This document shows positions 58,601-64,000 of a stretch of DNA of 64,000 nt, one piece after another (position 1 is the stretch's first letter; each line of letters begins with the position of its first letter). The notes below the pieces were generated by a model, which was given only the letters and a program-made list of their open reading frames with translations, was not told the DNA's origin and searched no databases. Both the position numbers and the translations under genes were made by a program. The DNA is taken from the NCBI GenBank assembly GCA_040081625.1, contig JBEBGD010000001.1, positions 32,001 to 96,000 of the forward strand. The letters run 5' to 3'. This stretch comes from Chthoniobacteraceae bacterium. GTDB taxonomy: Bacteria; Verrucomicrobiota; Verrucomicrobiia; Chthoniobacterales; Chthoniobacteraceae.

Positions 58601-59975
58601 CATACGAGGCGGGAAAATCCGTGCCGGTGTAAAAGACCCCGCCTGTCGCGCACTCGCCGATAAACTGCGGACCGGCGACGGGCGAGCCCGGTGCGCCGAC
58701 GGGGATCGTCGTGGCGGTGTTGCCGCTGAAGATGCCCGTGCGCACGGGGCCGGGCAGCGCTTCGTCGCGGCCGATGTCGAGCACGGGGCGATGGTGCATG
58801 AAGCGCGGAATGCTCGAAGGCACCTGGAGTGCCGGGTTGAGCGGATTCGGCCACGACGGCGTGCCGAGTGTCGCGCGGATGAGCAGATCCCGGAACCGGA
58901 AGAAGCCGCCGAGCGGATTCGGCGCGTCGCGATTCACGGCGTCCGAGGCTTGATAGAGCAGCTCGTTGCTGAAGCCTTCGTAGAGCGGCCAGCCGCAGTT
59001 TTTCCCCGGCCCGTCGATGATGTGGTGGCTCTCCCGCGCTTCCCAGCCCACGTCGCCCAGCGCGATCGTGCCAGGGTTTGCGTCCGTGGGGTTCGTGCTG
59101 CCGGTGCCGGGCTTGAGGCAGATGCGATACGGATTTCGCAGCCCGAGGGTCCACACGCGCGAGCGTGCCGAGCGCGGATTCGCCGCGGTGTAGAAGGGAT
59201 TGCTCGCGATGCCGTCGCCGGTGGCCGGATCGATGCGCACGATTTTTCCGCAGAGCGAATCGACGAGCTGCGAGCGGAAGGAGCCGACGTTTTCCTTCGA
59301 GCGGATGATGCCGTCGGCGAGCCCCTGCGCCGCGTAGCTGCCGACTTCGCCGCCGTCATCGAGCACTTCGTAGCTCGCGCCGTCGCCGCACGAGGCGAGC
59401 AGCGTGCCATCGCGACCGAAGACGAGCTGACCCGGTCCGTGTGATTGAAAGAGGACGGGGAAGCCGGTGGCGATGCTCTCGCCCACGAGCACGCGGCGGC
59501 TTGCCGGATCGACGCTGCGAAACCCGTCGCTCGCGCGCGCGGTGTAGCGGGTGATGCGGCCGATCGTAGCGGAGAAATAATTGTTCGCCTGCGGATCGTA
59601 AGCCGGTGTGCCTGCGTGGATCAGGTGGTGCCGGTCCACGCAGTAGTAGAGATAGATGAATCCGTTTTGGGCGAAGTTCGGGTCCAGCGCGAAACCGATC
59701 AGCCCGAAGTCGCGCCACCCACCGACTTCATCGCTGAGATCGACGACGGGCAGCGGATGTTTCACGCCGTTCTCGACGATCCACACGCGGCCTTGTCGCT
59801 CCCAGACGAACGCCCGGTCGGGCACCGACGGGTCGAAGACGAGGCCGAGCGGCTCGCTCCAACTGCTCCCAAAGTCGCGCTCGATGAATCCGGGCGGCAG
59901 CGCGCGCGCGCCCGCCGTGCAGAGCGCCAGCGCGGTGAACAGGCATCGAAGGCGGGCGATCGGTAGGAAACTCAC
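55680..59975 (-). CDS. Large secreted multidomain protein: GSDH-type (PQQ sugar dehydrogenase) propeller + PKD + Ig-like (Big) + two DUF1349-like domains
   Basis: FALDPNF, SHGPGQL, SCGDG, GLRNPY, DVGW; PKD (YLWSFGDG); two Ig repeats (DTDGGVARVEFF, DPDGGIARVELF); two GVMFRE...W(L/V)(R/K)LVR repeats; probable GTG start at 59975 followed by a signal peptide. Confidence 0.85.
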   Translation of the reverse strand: MSFLPIARLRCLFTALALCTAGARALPPGFIERDFGSSWSEPLGLVFDPSVPDRAFVWERQGRVWIVENGVKHPLPVVDLSDEVGGWRDFGLIGFALDPNFAQNGFIYLYYCVDRHHLIHAGTPAYDPQANNYFSATIGRITRYTARASDGFRSVDPASRRVLVGESIATGFPVLFQSHGPGQLVFGRDGTLLASCGDGASYEVLDDGGEVGSYAAQGLADGIIRSKENVGSFRSQLVDSLCGKIVRIDPATGDGIASNPFYTAANPRSARSRVWTLGLRNPYRICLKPGTGSTNPTDANPGTIALGDVGWEARESHHIIDGPGKNCGWPLYEGFSNELLYQASDAVNRDAPNPLGGFFRFRDLLIRATLGTPSWPNPLNPALQVPSSIPRFMHHRPVLDIGRDEALPGPVRTGIFSGNTATTIPVGAPGSPVAGPQFIGECATGGVFYTGTDFPASYAGTYFFADYAANWIRNLTLDANNKPTLVRNFLPAASGPVFITTHPTRGSLYYVGLAANIVRQVVYTASDNRPPTASASADATIGPSPLTIHFTSNAADPDGDPLTYLWSFGDGTTSTLANPTKTFAIGGAARFDVTLTVKDPFDATTQATLAVFVNHTLPQLEIVSPVDGGKYALNATNSYALLRRVVESPGHPTTTRWQVFLHHDAHEHPEPPIDAASTTAVISPNHTAGSTFYYRITATVTDDLGASVTREVRLHPNTTNIAPQIAWAASPLSRIAGTGLLVVDAAATISDADSLQFDFGGLTVQSAGALSGDTLGILPQGDGAAQVNLSGADVRYEGYVVGTLAGGTAGQPLVITFNSVATPAAARAILRRVGAAFQGNGTRTLTATINDGDGGVTQSSGLVINVTGTPNQPPNVTLTSPAEDATFTLPATVSLTASASDTDGGVARVEFFAGASLLGTDTSAPFAIQWPSAPAGSHTLFARATDDRGATRDSAPVHVTMNSDTTLPPVWHAADIGVVNIAGQASYSDGTYTLDASGAGVSALKDEFHFLSQPWIGDGEIIARLPTLSGPVAKSFGGVMFREKPGGTSRFALLELTVGQGALFRWRTQPGQTFAQQVNTMIAAPRWLRLVRHGLRCTAYTSTDGAQWQQLGTASLPMARSLFVGLVASSGADGQAASAVFDNVVVRALPSPSAPTVAVSSPAEGATFSTPVVIAIDARASDPDGGIARVELFNGAKKLAIDARAPFRFSWPGVAAGSYSLTARAFDFSGLQTTSTPIAVTVSTVPGALPAPWVSRDIGPTAQGGTASESVGVFTLTTVGPGLGAPSDQGRVVFRPWSGDGTIIARLASLAETAPAAHAGVMFRESLSASARHAAVVITCEQGALRKSRAEPAASTATSARPGVAAPQWVKLVRRGTNFTSYISVDGVAWSSLGVRAVPMGAACYVALIAGAADPDEATTAIFDHVSVKRP

Positions 59976-60117
59976 GGCGGACCGCTTGCCGGTAGCAGTC
60001 TTTGCGGCTCGCAGCAAGCCATCAGGACGCTTGACGCCGGGGGCAAGACCGTGGCCCTTACTCGTTCGCAATCCTGTCGCACGGCGGCGGGAATCAAAAA
60101 ACTTCGGAGGATGCGAA

Positions 60118-63100
60118 ATGAATGACGAACAATTGCCGCCCAAACTTGGCGACCCGCTGCCCACCATCATCCGGGGCTTGAACCCGGAGGAGCTCTTTGC
60201 CCGTGGGATGCAGACCGTAAAGATGAGCAGCGCGGGCAGCCCCGGCGGATGGAAGCCGCCCCGCCTCGATGAGATGGCGCGCCTATTTCCCGAATACGAA
60301 GTGCTCGCACTTCTCGGCCATGGCGGCATGGGCGCGGTCTATAAGGCGCGCCAGCTTTCGCTCGATCGCGTCGTGGCGATCAAGCTCCTGCCGCTGCAAG
60401 TCTCGCGCGATCGGGAGTTCGTCGAGCGGTTCAAGCGCGAGGCACAGACGATGGCGCGGCTGCACCACCCGAACCTCGTCGGGCTCTATGGTTTCGGCGA
60501 GACGCCGGAGGGGCATCTCTTCCTCGTCATGGAGTATGTCGAGGGCGCGACGCTGCACGATCTCGCTCACACGGCCGGCGCGCTCACGCCGGCGCGGGTG
60601 GTGCGCATCGTCGGGCAGGTGTGCGAAGGGCTCGCGTGCGCGCATCGCGAAGGCGTGGTGCATCGCGACATCAAGCCGGCAAACATCCTCGTGGATATCA
60701 ACGGCGCGGTGAAGATCGCCGACTTCGGCCTCGCGCGCTCGACCAAGGTAAATTCCGGCCAGACCATCACGATCAAGGGCATGACCGTCGGCACGCCCGA
60801 CTACATGTCGCCCGAGCAGCGGCGCGGCCATCACGTCGATCAACACACCGACATCTATGCGCTCGGCGTCGTGCTCTACGAGGCGCTCACGGGAGAAATC
60901 CCGCGCGGCGTTTTCCAGCCCGCGTCGCAGCGCAAGGGACTCGACAGGCGCATCGACGCGGTGATCGAGCGCGCGATGCATCAGGACCCGGCGAAGCGTT
61001 TCCAGAGCACGAAGGAAATGAAAGTCGCGCTCGAAACGGTGCCGCTCGATGGCGCCGCGCCCACGCAGGCCCGCCCGGTTCTCGAACCGGCGCACGCGTC
61101 GTCGCCCGCGAGTCCTTCCACGGGGAAGAAGAGCCGCGCTGTGATATGGGCCGCTGTCGGCGGATCGGCAGTGGTCGTCGCACTGCTCGGCTACGCGCTC
61201 TCTCAGCCCGCGAAATCGGTGCGTCCCGTTGCGCCGCACTACGAACCGACGCCGATGGCGATGCCGGTCGTGAAGGCGGCGACGCCCGTCGCGCTTGCGG
61301 CAGCGAAGCCTTCGCCGAAGCCGGCCGCGAGCGCGGCGCCGAAAAAGGAGGACGCGGCGGTGGCGTTCGGTGGCTCGCGCTACCAGCTCATCCGCTCGCA
61401 AGCCTCATGGATGCAGGCGAAGACGGAAGCGGAGTTCAAGGGCGGGCATCTCGCGGCGATCACTACGAAGGAGGAAGCCGCGTGGGTGCGCGAGACCTTC
61501 GGGCCTGAACTGCCGCGAAAATGGGCGCGCATCTGGATCGGCGCGTATCAGGCAGATCGCGACGACACGTGGCATTGGGTCACCGACGAACCATTCGAGT
61601 TCGCCGACTGGTGCCCCGGGCAGCCCGATGCCGCGAAGAGCTCCAGCACGCCTCCTTTCTTTGCGGCACTTTCGACGTCGCTCGGCGATGGCGGATCGAA
61701 TGGATGGGACGACAGCGCTTCGACCGGCGGGGTGTCCGTGATCGGCTATCTCGTCGAGTGGGATGAACCGAAGGCTGCACCGCCGGCCGCGCCGGTCGCG
61801 ATGGCCACGCTGCCGCCCGCTCCGACGCCGGCGCCCACCACACCCGCGCCTGCCGCGAGCGAAGGCGAGCAGCGACTCGCCGCGCTCAAGGCACAATACG
61901 ATGCCGCCTATGCGCGGGAGATCGGCACGACCTTCGACGCCGCACGCGACGAGTTGCGTGCGGGTTATCAGTCCGCGATCGACCGCGAGATCGCGAAGGC
62001 TGTGCAGGGTGGAAAGTTCGCCGACGCCTCGGTGCTGCGCGACGAGCGAGTTCGGGCCGGCACGGGCAGGGGACTCGATTCCGACGACGCGGCGCTGCCC
62101 GCCGTGCTCAAGCCTCTGCGAGTCAGCTATCGCGCGAGCCTTGCGAAGCTCGACACCGAGCGCGCGGTGAAGCTCAAGCCCGTGCGCGATGGTTACCTGA
62201 GGCTGCTCGACACGGCGCACGCCGAGTTCACCAAGGCGCAGAAGCCCGGGTTCGCGCTCCTGGTCAAACAGCGCCGCGACGCGCTCACAAGCGAGTGGAA
62301 TGCGGAGTTGAAAGCCGCCGCTCCCGTAGTCGCGGAGACGAGAGCGCCGCTGATCGACCCGTCCGCCGGCAGCAGTTGGCGCAAGGCTGCGCTGCTCGCG
62401 CTGCGCTTCGGTGGCAGGCTCGACATCCGCGTCGATAACAAGCGCGAGGCGATCACGATCGAGGCGGAGCTTCCCTCGAAACGGTTCGACGTGATGAAGA
62501 TCGAGCTGGCCGACGTGAAGAAGAACGAGAAGCTCACCGACGCCGACCTCGAGGTGCTGGCGACGTGCAGGGAACTCGAGAGCTTGCGGATCGAGCGCGC
62601 GCCGATCACGAGCAACGGCCTCGAAGCTCTGCGCGGACTGCCTGCGCTGAAGTCGTTGCGAATCGCGTCCTGCGAGGGCGTGAATGATCAGTTCATGACG
62701 GTCGTCGCCACGCTTACCGCGCTCATGGTTGCGGAGTTTCAGGACATCCCGATCACGAGGGAAGGCATCAAGCAGCTCACGCGTTGCACGAAGCTGCACC
62801 GCGTCAGCCTGCAAGGTCGTGGCGTCTCCGCTGGCGCCATCGCGCAGCTTGCGCAGCTCCCGATCGAAGATCTTGCGCTGAATGGCCTCGCCGAGGCGTC
62901 AGCCCTCGACCTCAGCGGATTCAAGCGGCTCAGGAACCTTTCGGTCAACTCGATGAAGGACGGGAAGGCGCGGCTAATCGACGAGGTGATCAAGCTCAAG
63001 GGGCTTGAGTTTCTGCGATTGAGCGGCTGCGCCATCGACGACGCCGATCTCGGCCGGCTCGGCGGCCTTGGCGGAGTGAAGACGATCGAGTTTGAAGGCA

Positions 63101-63540
63101 ATGCGATCAAGGGTCCGGGCCTCGCAAGTCTGCGCGCTTGCCGGTCGCTCACGAAGCTGCGGCTGCACAATTGCGGCGTCACCGATGGCGCGCTCGACGT
63201 GATCGGTCGCGATCTTGCCAGCCTCCAGATCTTGTCCGTTTCCGGCGCGGCTACGGTGCAGCCCGCCGCCTTCCGAAGCCTCATCAAGCTGCGCGGGCTC
63301 AAGGAAATCTCCGTCTCCGATGGCGTCGGCAACGATGATATCGCGAGCCAACTCGCGGCGATGCCCGCGCTCGAGTCGATCAACTTCAACCAGTGCCCGC
63401 TGCTGAGCGACGCGGGCCTCGACGCGTTCATGCGGCTCAAGACGTTGAAGAAACTGACGGTGAAGAATTGCACCAAGCTCACGGACGCGGCGATGGAGGC
63501 ATTTCGAAAAGCGCGCCCCGGCGTGACGCTGGAGCACTAA
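60118..63540 (+). CDS. Hanks-type Ser/Thr kinase with TM, C-type lectin-like domain, helical linker and LRR ectodomain
   Basis: GHGGMGAVY, VAIK, HRDIKPAN, DFG, TPDYMSPE; TM AVIWAAVGGSAVVVALLGYAL; CTLD (GHLAAIT, IWIG, GQPD, WDD); LxxLxL repeats; GGAGG at 60106 before ATG 60118. Confidence 0.92.
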   Translation: MNDEQLPPKLGDPLPTIIRGLNPEELFARGMQTVKMSSAGSPGGWKPPRLDEMARLFPEYEVLALLGHGGMGAVYKARQLSLDRVVAIKLLPLQVSRDREFVERFKREAQTMARLHHPNLVGLYGFGETPEGHLFLVMEYVEGATLHDLAHTAGALTPARVVRIVGQVCEGLACAHREGVVHRDIKPANILVDINGAVKIADFGLARSTKVNSGQTITIKGMTVGTPDYMSPEQRRGHHVDQHTDIYALGVVLYEALTGEIPRGVFQPASQRKGLDRRIDAVIERAMHQDPAKRFQSTKEMKVALETVPLDGAAPTQARPVLEPAHASSPASPSTGKKSRAVIWAAVGGSAVVVALLGYALSQPAKSVRPVAPHYEPTPMAMPVVKAATPVALAAAKPSPKPAASAAPKKEDAAVAFGGSRYQLIRSQASWMQAKTEAEFKGGHLAAITTKEEAAWVRETFGPELPRKWARIWIGAYQADRDDTWHWVTDEPFEFADWCPGQPDAAKSSSTPPFFAALSTSLGDGGSNGWDDSASTGGVSVIGYLVEWDEPKAAPPAAPVAMATLPPAPTPAPTTPAPAASEGEQRLAALKAQYDAAYAREIGTTFDAARDELRAGYQSAIDREIAKAVQGGKFADASVLRDERVRAGTGRGLDSDDAALPAVLKPLRVSYRASLAKLDTERAVKLKPVRDGYLRLLDTAHAEFTKAQKPGFALLVKQRRDALTSEWNAELKAAAPVVAETRAPLIDPSAGSSWRKAALLALRFGGRLDIRVDNKREAITIEAELPSKRFDVMKIELADVKKNEKLTDADLEVLATCRELESLRIERAPITSNGLEALRGLPALKSLRIASCEGVNDQFMTVVATLTALMVAEFQDIPITREGIKQLTRCTKLHRVSLQGRGVSAGAIAQLAQLPIEDLALNGLAEASALDLSGFKRLRNLSVNSMKDGKARLIDEVIKLKGLEFLRLSGCAIDDADLGRLGGLGGVKTIEFEGNAIKGPGLASLRACRSLTKLRLHNCGVTDGALDVIGRDLASLQILSVSGAATVQPAAFRSLIKLRGLKEISVSDGVGNDDIASQLAAMPALESINFNQCPLLSDAGLDAFMRLKTLKKLTVKNCTKLTDAAMEAFRKARPGVTLEH

Positions 63541-63605
63541 TCACCGGGAGAGGCGAAGATTTTCCCTTGGCCGAAGCGCCCTGCTTCTGCCACATCACCA
63601 CTCCC

Positions 63606-64000
63606 ATGCACCTCCGCACACTTCTCCCGCTTGCCCTCGCCATCATGAGCACCACTGCTTTCTCGCAGGAAAAAAAGAAGCCCGCGCCTTCGCTCGGTTA
63701 CAAGGACACGCCGCTCATCCCCGGCACGAAGTGGCACGTCCACGACAGCGACCGCCCGCAGCCGGAGATCATCACGCCTGGGAAAAAAGTCGGCGACGCG
63801 CCGAGCGATGCGGTCGTGCTCTTCGACGGAAAGGATCTCTCGAAGTGGACGAGCAGCAAGCGCGACGGATCGAGCCCCGAGGCCGCGAAGTGGGTCGTGA
63901 AGGAAGGCTTTTTCGAGTGTGCGCCGAAGACGGGTTATTTGTTCACGAAGGACAGCTTCGGTCCGGACATGCAGCTTCACATCGAGTTCGCGACGCCGAC
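63606..64000 (+). CDS. DUF1080 (3-keto-glycoside hydrolase-like) protein, runs off the window
   Basis: MHLRTLLPLALAIMSTTAFSQ signal; GYKDTP, WHVHD, RPQP, APSDAVVLFDG, QLHIEF; absent from the ORF track because it has no stop inside the window. Confidence 0.88.
   Translation, partial: MHLRTLLPLALAIMSTTAFSQEKKKPAPSLGYKDTPLIPGTKWHVHDSDRPQPEIITPGKKVGDAPSDAVVLFDGKDLSKWTSSKRDGSSPEAAKWVVKEGFFECAPKTGYLFTKDSFGPDMQLHIEFATP

Noticed and set aside
59656..60329. Apparent 670-bp overlap between the kinase ORF and the GSDH-like ORF
   Set aside because: Artefact of longest-ORF starts; likely starts are ATG 60118 (with GGAGG) and GTG 59975 (signal peptide), leaving an ordinary divergent promoter region.

Overview
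GC-rich bacterial chromosomal window. Gene content (DUF1592/DUF1552/DUF1501, DUF1080, PQQ-like propellers, Tat-exported Gfo/Idh/MocA, WxxxDPxAA solenoid) suggests the PVC superphylum, most likely Verrucomicrobiota; this is inference. Layout: (1) 0.3-13.5 kb signal-transduction island with a CheB-CheR-PAS fusion, 4 histidine kinases and 2 NarL-type regulators, interspersed with REP-like palindromes; (2) DUF1592 cytochrome-c/PA14 gene, a DUF1552 gene broken by an internal deletion, DUF1501, a BNR sialidase-like gene and a prepilin-like gene; (3) smc, preceded by a tandem NrdR-box-like pair, then a GT2-asnB-GT4-epimerase glycan-modification cluster; (4) an FAD oxidoreductase-DUF1365-cfa operon matching the ufaD-ufaO-ufaM furan fatty acid pathway; (5) housekeeping and envelope genes (AI-2E, A-type Fe-S carrier, Uma2, dusB, helical-repeat protein, Omp85 BamA/TamA, tamB, YihY, TatD); (6) oxidoreductases, a large secreted sugar-dehydrogenase-like protein, a Ser/Thr kinase with C-type lectin and LRR ectodomain, and a truncated DUF1080 gene. 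The most striking sequence-level signal is a 27-bp in-frame inversion between perfect 10-bp inverted repeats that flips the conserved 'PLRLDYGIN' segment of the Omp85 gene onto the opposite strand. I recognised no rRNA, tRNA, CRISPR array, transposase or integrase. All family calls are from motif recognition by eye; no searches were run.
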